Below, piece after piece: positions 10,904 to 19,367 of a stretch of 64,000 nt of DNA. Each line of letters opens with the position of its first letter. The stretch's first letter is position 1. Below the pieces are notes generated by a model, which was not told the origin of the DNA, searched no databases, and saw only the letters and a list, made by a program, of their open reading frames with translations. The translations under genes were made by a program, and so were the position numbers. This DNA comes from Gammaproteobacteria bacterium (GTDB lineage: Bacteria > Pseudomonadota > Gammaproteobacteria > CAJXQU01). The DNA lies in NCBI GenBank assembly GCA_965238175.1, contig CBDEGZ010000003.1, positions 2,144,001 to 2,208,000 on the forward strand, written 5' to 3'.

Positions 10904-12129
10904 TGTAGAAATTCAGACTTGATCTGACAGTTACCCCTTTTTCTGTAACTGACTGTCAGGTTAAGTTTAGTTCACAAACTTTTCCTTCCAGATAGCTTGT
11001 CCGTCGATGAGTGTTTCCATCGGCGTCCTCCCGCAGCACATTTTGCCTTGGTGAGTTCGTTGAGTATTGTATTTGAGCAACCATTCGTCAAGGTCGAGTT
11101 GCAGTTCATCAATCGATTGGTAAATTTTCTTACGCAAAGCGACTTGATAAAACTCATTGAGGATCGTCTTATGGAATCGCTCACAAATACCATTCGTCTG
11201 AGGTGATTTGACCTTGGTTTTGGTGTGTTCGATATTGTTCAACGCCATATAAAGCTGATAATCATGCTGGTCAGCTCGCCCACAATACTCCGTCCCTCTA
11301 TCTGTCAAAATGCGCAACATAGGCAAACGTTGTTCTTCGTAGAATGGGAGGACGCGGTCATTGAGCATGTCAGCTGCCGTAATCGGTGTTTTAGTCGGGT
11401 ACAGTTTCGCGTGAGCGACCTTGCTGTAAGTATCAACAAACGTTTGTTGATAAACCCGACCAATGCCTTTGAAAGTACCGACATAGTAAGTATCTTGCGA
11501 GCCAAGATAACCAGGGTGTGCCGTCTCTATCTCGCCACAAGCCTCATCGTCGTCTTTCTTGCGTTCCATCGCCGCGACTTGAGACTCAGTGAGGATCAAG
11601 CCTTCACCAGCTACCTTATCAGACAATGCCTTCAGGCGATCTTTAAAGCAAGCAAGACCATGACGAAGCCAGATACAACGAACGCCACTGGGTGAGACAA
11701 ATGTTCCCCGTTTGCGCAGCTCGTTACTGGTGCGCGTTTGACCATGTGCGGGCTCTTCCAGTGCATACTCGAGCACAACGGTTTCAATAGCCGGGTCGAT
11801 TCTGTTTTTAAGATTTGGGGTACGCCGATTACGATCAAACAAGGCTTCTACACCGCCTTCATCAGCCGCTTCTTTGTAGCGATAAAATGTATCTCTGGAC
11901 AAACCCATCATCTTGCAGGCTTTTGAGACATTGCCGAGTTCTTCAGCGAGATTGAGTAGACCAACTTTATGTTTTATAACTTTGTCATTAGTATGAATCA
12001 TGAGAGTTACCTCTTTGTGTTTTGATGTTTACGTTGCAGTTACATCAAAGCGGGTAACTCTCACTAAATCAAGCGTCGCTACGCTCCGCTTGATTTAGTG
12101 ATGTGTCAGATTGGGTCTAAACTTCTACA
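10904..12129 (-). mobile_element. IS481-family element (inner copy), 1226 bp
   Basis: TGT...ACA imperfect inverted repeats; flanked by 7-bp direct repeat AATTATC at 10897-10903 and 12130-12136. Confidence 0.92.
10967..12001 (-). CDS. IS481-family transposase
   Basis: HTH plus rve DDE core (SQDT, TDRGTEY, NGICERFH). Confidence 0.95.
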   Translation of the reverse strand: MIHTNDKVIKHKVGLLNLAEELGNVSKACKMMGLSRDTFYRYKEAADEGGVEALFDRNRRTPNLKNRIDPAIETVVLEYALEEPAHGQTRTSNELRKRGTFVSPSGVRCIWLRHGLACFKDRLKALSDKVAGEGLILTESQVAAMERKKDDDEACGEIETAHPGYLGSQDTYYVGTFKGIGRVYQQTFVDTYSKVAHAKLYPTKTPITAADMLNDRVLPFYEEQRLPMLRILTDRGTEYCGRADQHDYQLYMALNNIEHTKTKVKSPQTNGICERFHKTILNEFYQVALRKKIYQSIDELQLDLDEWLLKYNTQRTHQGKMCCGRTPMETLIDGQAIWKEKFVN

Positions 12130-12159
12130 AATTATCAGTAACCGACTGTCAGGTTAAGT

Positions 12160-13194
12160 TTAATTCACAAACTTTTCCTTCCAGATAGCTTGTCCGTCGA
12201 TGAGTGTTTCCATCGGCGTCCTCCCGCAGCACATTTTGCCTTGGTGAGTTCGTTGAGTATTGTATTTGAGCAACCATTCGTCAAGGTCGAGTTGCAGTTC
12301 ATCAATCGATTGGTAAATTTTCTTACGCAAAGCGACTTGATAAAACTCATTGAGGATCGTCTTATGGAATCGCTCACAAATACCATTCGTCTGAGGTGAT
12401 TTGACCTTGGTTTTGGTGTGTTCGATATTGTTCAACGCCATATAAAGCTGATAATCATGCTGGTCAGCTCGCCCACAATACTCCGTCCCTCTATCTGTCA
12501 AAATGCGCAACATAGGCAAACGTTGTTCTTCGTAGAATGGGAGGACGCGGTCATTGAGCATGTCAGCTGCCGTAATCGGTGTTTTAGTCGGGTACAGTTT
12601 CGCGTGAGCGACCTTGCTGTAAGTATCAACAAACGTTTGTTGATAAACCCGACCAATGCCTTTGAAAGTACCGACATAGTAAGTATCTTGCGAGCCAAGA
12701 TAACCAGGGTGTGCCGTCTCTATCTCGCCACAAGCCTCATCGTCGTCTTTCTTGCGTTCCATCGCCGCGACTTGAGACTCAGTGAGGATCAAGCCTTCAC
12801 CAGCTACCTTATCAGACAATGCCTTCAGGCGATCTTTAAAGCAAGCAAGACCATGACGAAGCCAGATACAACGAACGCCACTGGGTGAGACAAATGTTCC
12901 CCGTTTGCGCAGCTCGTTACTGGTGCGCGTTTGACCATGTGCGGGCTCTTCCAGTGCATACTCGAGCACAACGGTTTCAATAGCCGGGTCGATTCTGTTT
13001 TTAAGATTTGGGGTACGCCGATTACGATCAAACAAGGCTTCTACACCGCCTTCATCAGCCGCTTCTTTGTAGCGATAAAATGTATCTCTGGACAAACCCA
13101 TCATCTTGCAGGCTTTTGAGACATTGCCGAGTTCTTCAGCGAGATTGAGTAGACCAACTTTATGTTTTATAACTTTGTCATTAGTATGAATCAT
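12160..13194 (-). CDS. IS481-family transposase (identical protein)
   Basis: Same 344-aa translation as 10967-12001. Confidence 0.95.
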   Translation of the reverse strand: MIHTNDKVIKHKVGLLNLAEELGNVSKACKMMGLSRDTFYRYKEAADEGGVEALFDRNRRTPNLKNRIDPAIETVVLEYALEEPAHGQTRTSNELRKRGTFVSPSGVRCIWLRHGLACFKDRLKALSDKVAGEGLILTESQVAAMERKKDDDEACGEIETAHPGYLGSQDTYYVGTFKGIGRVYQQTFVDTYSKVAHAKLYPTKTPITAADMLNDRVLPFYEEQRLPMLRILTDRGTEYCGRADQHDYQLYMALNNIEHTKTKVKSPQTNGICERFHKTILNEFYQVALRKKIYQSIDELQLDLDEWLLKYNTQRTHQGKMCCGRTPMETLIDGQAIWKEKFVN

Positions 13195-13347
13195 GAGAGT
13201 TACCTCTTTGTGTTTTGATGTTTACGTTGCAGTTACATCAAAGCGGGTAACTCTCACTAAATCAAGCGTCGCTACGCTCCGCTTGATTTAGTGATGTGTC
13301 AGATTGGGTCTAAACTTCTACACATAATTGCCTTTGCGCCGCAGACT

Positions 13348-13451
13348 ACATAACGCTTACAGCAGCGGAAAAGTGGTGTGGCGGCCTTTTTGTGCTTTTT
13401 TTGCAAAAAGGGTGACGCACCAATTTTTCCGACTGCCTGTACTTGTTAAGT
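13348..13451 (-). repeat. attC site
   Basis: acataac...gttaagt imperfect palindrome. Confidence 0.85.
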
Positions 13452-13757
13452 TTTAATTTCATTCAGGTTCTCCATAAAATCCTGCAATTCCTTTGGCCAG
13501 GCTTTTGATGTGTGCTTTCCCATGTAAGCACTAATTTCTGGGTGCTCAACAAGCTCGAACCCATACGACTTATCCATAGGGTAGGTTTCCATATCATTCA
13601 GGCCATTAAAAGCAATGGTCAGCTGTGAGCTGTTGTCTGGACGTGCAATAACCCAAAATCCCGAAAACCTGTAGTCATCGCCGGGGAGCTCATCTAGAAC
13701 TCGCCAATGATTGCGCTCTAGAGTATTCCTTAATTGCTTGAGAGTGATCTCGCTCAT
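13446..13757 (-). CDS. Cassette hypothetical protein
   Basis: ORF from MSEITLKQ with stop inside attC. Confidence 0.75.
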   Translation of the reverse strand: MSEITLKQLRNTLERNHWRVLDELPGDDYRFSGFWVIARPDNSSQLTIAFNGLNDMETYPMDKSYGFELVEHPEISAYMGKHTSKAWPKELQDFMENLNEIKT

Positions 13758-13765
13758 ATTTGGAA

Positions 13766-13874
13766 ACTTAACGCCTTTGTAACAGGCTAATTTTTGTGAA
13801 GCAGTTTGTGTGATACTGACGCGCAGCGGCAACACAAAATGCGTAGCTAAAATTTGTCCTTGTTGACAAACTTG
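13766..13874 (-). repeat. attC site interrupted by IS110-family insertion
   Basis: acttaac...gacaaacttg, then IS sequence instead of the expected tta. Confidence 0.8.
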
Positions 13875-14124
13875 ATACTCATTGAGCCTTCTCCTTTAGT
13901 TTAGCGAAACTCGCTAAACTGAAGGTGATAAAACCAAAACAGGAGAAAGCCCAATGAATTTTTATAATAACCTACACCCTTATTATTGTGGTATCGATTT
14001 ACACGCACGGATCCTTTATGTTTGTATTATAGATCAGGAAGGTCAAATCTGCGTTCATAAAGAAATCTCGGCCAGTCCTGATAAGTTAAAAAAACTGCTC
14101 GAACCCTACCTGGGCAATATTATC
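13875..14124 (+). mobile_element. IS110-family element, left-end fragment with truncated transposase (13954-14124)
   Basis: MNFYNNLHPYYCGIDLHARILYVCIIDQEG is a DEDD RuvC-like N-terminus; cut by the IS3 end at 14125. Confidence 0.85.
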
Positions 14125-14153
14125 TGTAATGGTCAAGTAATCTTGAAGTAAAT

Positions 14154-15039
14154 TTAAGCCACTTTTTTCAATGCTGCTGTTTTCTGTGCGGGTGTGATAT
14201 AACCAAGCGAAGAATGTAATCGTCTGTAGTTATAAAAATAAAGGTAACTCTCTATAGCAGTAACGGCCGCAATATGATTAATAAAACTTAACAGATTCAA
14301 TCGTTCTGTTTTTAAACTCCTGAAGAATCGTTCCATCACACTATTATGCCCAAAGCACTTCGTGGGGCAGGCTCTCCCAACAATTTCCGCGACGACTCAT
14401 GCTCTGAGTGATATTTAGCTTGTTTAGATAATTAACAAACACATTAGCAGAATACTGTACGCCCTGATCGGAATGAAAAAGTAATTGACGCGTGTCAGGC
14501 TGTTGCCTTCGAATAGCATGACGCAGTGCTTCCTTTGCTAATGCCGCATTGGGGTGTTTAGACATCGCCCAACCAACAATCTCTTTTGACCCTAAATCGA
14601 GCACGCATGCCAGATAACTCCAACCTTGATGTGTGCGAACATAAGTAATATCACCCACCCAATGCGTGTTGATTGTTTTCGGATAAAATTGACGTTCAAG
14701 AATATTTTCTGCTTTGATATGGGATCTGCCTGTGTTTGGATAGTAATGCCTTTTCCGAGGCGTAATGGCAAACACATTCGCTTTTCTCATCAATGTGGCG
14801 GTCCGATAGACGCCAAGAGAAAAACCTTTGTTTAATAACGTTACATGCATGCGGCGTTTGCTGTATGAGTAGTTTGTCTCAACCGCGATGGTTTTGATTG
14901 ATTCCATCATGATACGCTCTTCATGATCAATCGGCTTATGTCGACATTGGTAATAATAGGTACTGATACTGGTTTGGAAGACGCGACAAAGTTCGTGAAC
15001 CGTATAATCAGGGTTGGCCTTTTTCATCTGAATGATCAA
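14154..15039 (-). pseudogene. IS3 OrfB integrase core, frame broken by a 28-nt insert
   Basis: WVGDITY, HSDQGVQY, SRRGNCW | insert | DNSVMERFFRSLKTE. Confidence 0.9.
14348..14375 (-). repeat. 28-nt hairpin insert, copy 1
   Basis: AGAGCCTGCCCCACGAAGTGCTTTGGGC between G and AT of the Asp codon. Confidence 0.9.
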
Positions 15040-15347
15040 CTTAGTTTGTCGTTGTCTTGAATGAAAAAAGCTGCGGCCTTTTTTAATATTTCATTGTCCC
15101 GTTTCGCACGCCAAAGCTGTTTTTCTAATTCTTGGATCTTCTGTTGTTCTGCCGTCAGTGCTTTTTTACCTTGGGGTGTTTGTCCCTTTATTTCAGCTAA
15201 ATATTGTCGCTTCCAGCGAGAGACAGCCGTGGCGCCTGCACCCGATATTTCTCTGATCTGCAGATTAGTATAACCTTCGTTGACCATTAGTTTGGCATAT
15301 TCCAATTTCTGCTCAACTGAAAAAGTAACACCTTGTTTTCGGTCCAT
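15036..15347 (-). CDS. IS3 OrfA
   Basis: HTH plus leucine zipper ending EILKKAAAFF. Confidence 0.92.
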   Translation of the reverse strand: MDRKQGVTFSVEQKLEYAKLMVNEGYTNLQIREISGAGATAVSRWKRQYLAEIKGQTPQGKKALTAEQQKIQELEKQLWRAKRDNEILKKAAAFFIQDNDKLS

Positions 15348-15414
15348 TTATAGCTCCTATTAATATTTCAAAATGTTAGGCTATAAATCCATTCAAGATG
15401 ATTAGACCATTACA

Positions 15415-15467
15415 CTTGAGCGTGACTCTATTAATTGTATGAATTCTTGCACGCAACCTCCCTTGTC
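15415..15467 (-). pseudogene. Truncated cassette 5' end
   Basis: GGAGG RBS, then GTG-QEFIQLIESRS cut by the IS3 end. Confidence 0.6.
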
Positions 15468-15554
15468 TTATAACGCCTTACTCACAGGAAAAATAAAGCA
15501 TAGTGATTGAGACGAACGACGCTTTAGTTTTTCCTGTGGAGTTACTTGTTATGT
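15468..15554 (-). repeat. attC site
   Basis: ttataac...gttatgt. Confidence 0.85.
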
Positions 15555-15557
15555 GTA

Positions 15558-15842
15558 TTATTGCTGCTTACCAAAACCATTTCCCCAGATAACACCTTTC
15601 GAAGAAATTTCTAGAACTGATGTTGAATTCAATTCTGTCCAATGTGGTTTGGTTAAACAATCATATTCCAAAATTTGATAATTTCTGCCACAGTTTTTCC
15701 AGTTCATACAAGGGCATAGATTTGGATTTTTATCCCAAGGTATTTTTGAACGTAATACTAACTCAGCGACAGCATCCTCAAATGTGTCGTACTCACCTTG
15801 CGGTTCTGCGTGTATTTCATCTTCTATTACGAATTTGATCAT
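15558..15842 (-). CDS. Cassette hypothetical protein
   Basis: ORF fills the cassette; CPCMNWKNC motif. Confidence 0.75.
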   Translation of the reverse strand: MIKFVIEDEIHAEPQGEYDTFEDAVAELVLRSKIPWDKNPNLCPCMNWKNCGRNYQILEYDCLTKPHWTELNSTSVLEISSKGVIWGNGFGKQQ

Positions 15843-15851
15843 AGTATTTAC

Positions 15852-15941
15852 ACATAACGCTTTTGTAACGGGCCGCGTTGCCGCGAAGCGGCACTTTTAG
15901 CAGTCCAGCCCGAAGGGCGATCGTTGACAAACTTGTTATTG
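15852..15941 (-). repeat. attC site
   Basis: acataac...gttattg. Confidence 0.82.
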
Positions 15942-15945
15942 GGCA

Positions 15946-16179
15946 TTAAACCTCGCTCTCGGACAGTTCTACAAAATTAGATACATCAAAGCCACTAAAA
16001 ACTTTTCCGCTCTTATGGCCTGAGACCACGCAATGCTCTGGCATATTTGGAATTTCGCCATGAAACACAAAAATATTTTCTGAGAGTAATGGTGATTGAA
16101 TATGCCCATTTTCTTTCAGCCACGCTTTCATTTCTTCTGTGACCTTAACTAGAGCATATTGTCTAATCGATTCGCTCAT
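15946..16179 (-). CDS. Cassette hypothetical protein
   Basis: ORF fills the cassette. Confidence 0.75.
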   Translation of the reverse strand: MSESIRQYALVKVTEEMKAWLKENGHIQSPLLSENIFVFHGEIPNMPEHCVVSGHKSGKVFSGFDVSNFVELSESEV

Positions 16180-16192
16180 ACTTATTTATGCC

Positions 16193-16243
16193 CTATAACG
16201 CCGGCATCACCAGCCGGAGGTCGGGTGCATGCCTTTGTTAGGT
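16193..16243 (-). repeat. attC site (51 bp)
   Basis: ctataac gccggcatcacc...gggtgcatgccttt gttaggt. Confidence 0.85.
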
Positions 16244-16245
16244 GC

Positions 16246-16701
16246 TCAGTCTTCATACACTATCTTGTATTTACTTCTGGGATCAAAATGTTTACTTATT
16301 TTACGCTCAAAGTCATTCCATTGAGAATTAATATACGATACAGGGTTTCTTGAAATATCTTTCCAGCTTACATTATCAAAAATAAATAAATTTGAATGAT
16401 CTGTGTCGTATGTCCCATATTTCTTTTCTTTGGGAAGCCATAACAAAATAAAGTCAGGGGAATAACCTTCACATGATTTCACAAGATTGACTGCTTCAAT
16501 TTCATAATGCCCAAATGGTCCAGTTTCTACTTGCTCTGTAGATGGGTAGTATTCTTCTTCAAGCTCAACTTCAATTATCTCTATAGATAATTCATCAATA
16601 TCTTTAAGAGAGACTTTTCCACACTCACATAAACTCTCATCATATTTTAGGGTTTGTTTATTCGTTAAAAAATTTTCTAGTTCAATGCATAATTCCATCA
16701 T
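16246..16701 (-). CDS. Cassette hypothetical protein, possibly immunity-like
   Basis: Acidic ORF filling the cassette; family not confirmed. Confidence 0.7.
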   Translation of the reverse strand: MMELCIELENFLTNKQTLKYDESLCECGKVSLKDIDELSIEIIEVELEEEYYPSTEQVETGPFGHYEIEAVNLVKSCEGYSPDFILLWLPKEKKYGTYDTDHSNLFIFDNVSWKDISRNPVSYINSQWNDFERKISKHFDPRSKYKIVYED

Positions 16702-16704
16702 GGC

Positions 16705-16768
16705 ACCTAACGCCGCCAACACCGGAGAAGCGCGCAGCGCTGAATCCGAGTGATTGGCCTTGTTAAAT
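16705..16768 (-). repeat. attC site
   Basis: acctaac...gttaaat. Confidence 0.85.
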
Positions 16769-17103
16769 TATTCCACAGCAAACTTAACGGTATAAAGTAG
16801 ATGCGATGGAACAAGTATTCTTTTAAACTCAAGTATTTCATAACCTGTATATTCGTCACGTTCCGCTAAGAATCGTCACGTTCCGCTAAGAATTTTTCTG
16901 CTTCTTTTACCACAGCTTTTCTAGCTTTCTTATCTATACCGTTTGTTCTAAGTTCATTCCCACCGTACATAACTTTAAGTGTATAAACATCATTCCCAAC
17001 TGCTTCAAATTTGTTCCCATACAAAGCAGTGGTCGTAATACATCCAACTAACGTCACCAAAAAAAACCATTAATGTAACTTTTGACCATGTCACTACCTT
17101 CAT
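16768..17103 (-). pseudogene. Cassette lipoprotein pseudogene
   Basis: Lipobox LVGC; extra T in a T8 tract in the signal peptide; 20-bp tandem duplication at 16853-16892. Confidence 0.75.
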
Positions 17104-17127
17104 ATTTCATTTCTCTTAGTTGATTAA

Positions 17128-17203
17128 ATTTAACGCCTTGCTCAGCGGGGAAATGCGAGCGCTTTGCAGCGAGTAGTTTTTCCAATGAAGCAACTTGTTA
17201 TGT
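17128..17203 (-). repeat. attC site
   Basis: atttaac gccttgctcagcgg...gttatgt; same family as 26247, 26874 and 30115. Confidence 0.88.
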
Positions 17204-17577
17204 AAATTTATAGTTAGCTAAAACACCACCTCTCCAATCTTCATAACTGTACTTAATTTTTTGAGTTAAAAGATTATCAATGTTTTTACGCCAAGCCCTA
17301 ATGTCTCCATGATTTATACCAATCCCTTTTCGGCAAAAGATTTTATACGATCGAGCTTATCTATTGAATTTGGCTCAGTGTATGTTGTACCAACTACGTA
17401 ATAAAGCAAATGAAGAAAGAAATTTTGTTTAGGGCACTTATGGTCTGTTGCAAACTCAATGAAGAGATTTACTTCTCTTGTCCAAGACAAGAATAAGTCC
17501 CATTCGTTATCTGGCCAATCCTCATTTGAATATGCCCATTGTTTTACCTCTTCAACTGAAGGATTACTTACATCCAT
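17198..17577 (-). pseudogene. Cassette hypothetical protein, frameshifted near 17316
   Basis: Reading continues in another frame (NHGDIRAWRKNID...YKFT) to a stop in attC. Confidence 0.7.
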
Positions 17578-17610
17578 ATTCTACTCATTATTGTTTTTGC
17601 GTCGCAGACT

Positions 17611-17683
17611 ACATAACTTAATATAACGGGGAAATGCGAGCGCTTTACAGCGAGTAGTTTTCCCGTTGATGTTTTTGTTAGTT
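17611..17683 (-). repeat. attC site
   Basis: acataac...gttagtt. Confidence 0.8.
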
Positions 17684-18092
17684 GCCCAAGTTGAACAACT
17701 TTTTCAAACTAATACCAACACCACTAATATTGGGTTCTAAGATTAGTGCATCAGCAAATCTTCTACCTTTCCCTTTATTAAGGGTTTTAGCAACGTCAAA
17801 GCCCGTTAATTCTTTTTTGTCTTTAATGTCATTGTAGATAGAATTTATTAACTTGATGACATCGTCAGTTGTTTCGCAAACCGACTTTATTGGCAAAATG
17901 GACAGGCTCTATTTCTGCTATCACCATAGATCTTGATTCTGATGCTTTTCTTGCCATATTGGTGAAGTTTGCAATTAATGTATTTGTCAGAGGTTCTTTC
18001 CATCCGTAATCTAATACATAAATAAAATAGTCTCTACCATCAACAGTGTTTGGTAAATTTCCAAGATTATGTACATGAAGTCCCATTTTCAA
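17678..18092 (-). pseudogene. Cassette hypothetical protein split into two overlapping ORFs
   Basis: ORFs 17865-18092 and 17678-17896 together fill one cassette. Confidence 0.6.
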
Positions 18093-18115
18093 ATATTCTC
18101 CATAGGATGAAAGGC

Positions 18116-18193
18116 AACTAACGCCGCCAGCAGGGGTGACAAAACCAGAGCGAAGCGGCTATTTTGGCATCCCTCTGGCTGGCTTTGTTATAC
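18116..18193 (-). repeat. attC site
   Basis: aactaac...gttatac. Confidence 0.85.
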
Positions 18194-18194
18194 C

Positions 18195-18707
18195 TTATGC
18201 AGCAAACCACGGAAGCTCACCTTGTGTATTCTTGTTTTCAGGTACTTGACGAATAAAGACTAAATAATGTGCCTCAGATAAATCCCATAATTCTTCCATA
18301 TCAATCAGCTCAGTAGGAAAGTTTTGAACAACTGTAACCGCATAGATCCCTTTGTCTATTTTAATAATCTGGTCCTTTTCATGTGTTTCAGGAAGAACGG
18401 TGTCAGAAAATTGAGCAGCCATAGTAATAGAGTCGTAAGTTGTGAGAAGTAATTCACCGTCAGTATCAATAAAAGAACTGTAAGAACGATTGCCTTCAAT
18501 AGTAGGCTCTGAAAAGTGTACTTCTATATTCCAATTACAAGCCGTACAACCCCAAGCGACAATTCGGCCTTTTAAATTCTCGTTGCGAATATGCCCCTTT
18601 AGCTGCTCTAGCTCCCAATCTTTGCTGACATACCCTGAATAGTTTGAAGTATCCAATATGGCCAAGCAACCGTAGTCAGATGACAGTTCGAATTTCACGG
18701 GATTCAA
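18195..18707 (-). CDS. Cassette hypothetical protein
   Basis: 170-aa ORF with GGAG RBS. Confidence 0.78.
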   Translation of the reverse strand: MNPVKFELSSDYGCLAILDTSNYSGYVSKDWELEQLKGHIRNENLKGRIVAWGCTACNWNIEVHFSEPTIEGNRSYSSFIDTDGELLLTTYDSITMAAQFSDTVLPETHEKDQIIKIDKGIYAVTVVQNFPTELIDMEELWDLSEAHYLVFIRQVPENKNTQGELPWFAA

Positions 18708-18722
18708 TATTTATCTCCTTGG

Positions 18723-18823
18723 GTATAACGCCCTGTTAAGGGGCTGATAATGTTTGGCTAAAATGTGTAGCGAAGCGAAACCGAGCAAACTGTATAAAGT
18801 CCCACTTTAATTGCTTGTTATGT
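18723..18823 (-). repeat. attC site
   Basis: gtataac...gttatgt. Confidence 0.85.
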
Positions 18824-19246
18824 TTTACTTTCTCTACACTGCATTACCATTGTCCCTGATATACTATTCTGGCTTTCAAAGAAAGATGAATATTGCTCTT
18901 TTAAGTTTGCTGCAATGGCTGCACCTTCCAAAGCTTTAAGTGTAGCTTTAGCTTTTCGGAACTCCTTCATATACTCACTATCACACGTATAACGAGTGCT
19001 TAGATCCATATGGCTATGGTTATTTAGGTATTCTGATAGTTTTAACTTGAAGAATTTTATTTTTTGAGTATTGTCCTTGAATTCTAATTCTTTTTTAGAA
19101 AGATCTAGTTCTTTAGTTTTTATAGACTGTACTTCTTTATAAGCATTAATAAGATCGTCTTTTAAATAAGTTAAAACACTAACTGAGATCAAAACAATTA
19201 TAGATATTTGAGCACCTATAGATTTACTAATAGTTAATATTGACAC
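18818..19246 (-). CDS. Cassette membrane-anchored coiled-coil protein
   Basis: N-terminal transmembrane segment; stop inside attC. Confidence 0.75.
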   Translation of the reverse strand: MSILTISKSIGAQISIIVLISVSVLTYLKDDLINAYKEVQSIKTKELDLSKKELEFKDNTQKIKFFKLKLSEYLNNHSHMDLSTRYTCDSEYMKEFRKAKATLKALEGAAIAANLKEQYSSFFESQNSISGTMVMQCRESKT

Positions 19247-19261
19247 TAAACCTTCCTTAAA

Positions 19262-19363
19262 ACATAACGCCTGCCGCAGCCGCTGCTAAAAATGGCGGTT
19301 GTTTTGCGGCTCTTTGCAAAACAAGTGACAGTTTTTGCAATCGGTTGCCGGCACTTGTTAGCT
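19262..19363 (-). repeat. attC site
   Basis: acataac...gttagct. Confidence 0.85.
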
Positions 19364-19367
19364 GTAT

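Larger units (their letters stand above)
10864..13322 (-). mobile_element. IS481-family element (outer copy, interrupted near its right end by a second copy)
   Basis: Ends TGTAGAAATTCAGATTTGATCTGACA and TGTCAGATTGGGTCTAAACTTCTACA; 1226 bp after removing the inner copy and its target duplication. Confidence 0.88.
14125..15414 (-). mobile_element. IS3-family element
   Basis: Inverted repeats TGTAATGGTCAAGTAATCTTGAA / TTCAAGATGATTAGACCATTACA; orfA-orfB; A6G -1 frameshift site at 15078-15084; no flanking target duplication. Confidence 0.93.

Noticed and set aside
10864-10936. 40-bp-period direct repeat after rne as a mini-CRISPR or terminator
   Set aside because: Explained by two nested IS481 right ends plus the 7-bp target duplication.
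10972-13119. Small ORFs inside the IS481 copies
   Set aside because: Alternative-frame shadows duplicated with the element; no independent support.
14348-14375. Insert as a simple target-site duplication or an intact group II intron
   Set aside because: An extra C follows the repeated TGGG, there is no GTGCG 5' end or domain V, and it is far too short. A scar origin remains possible.
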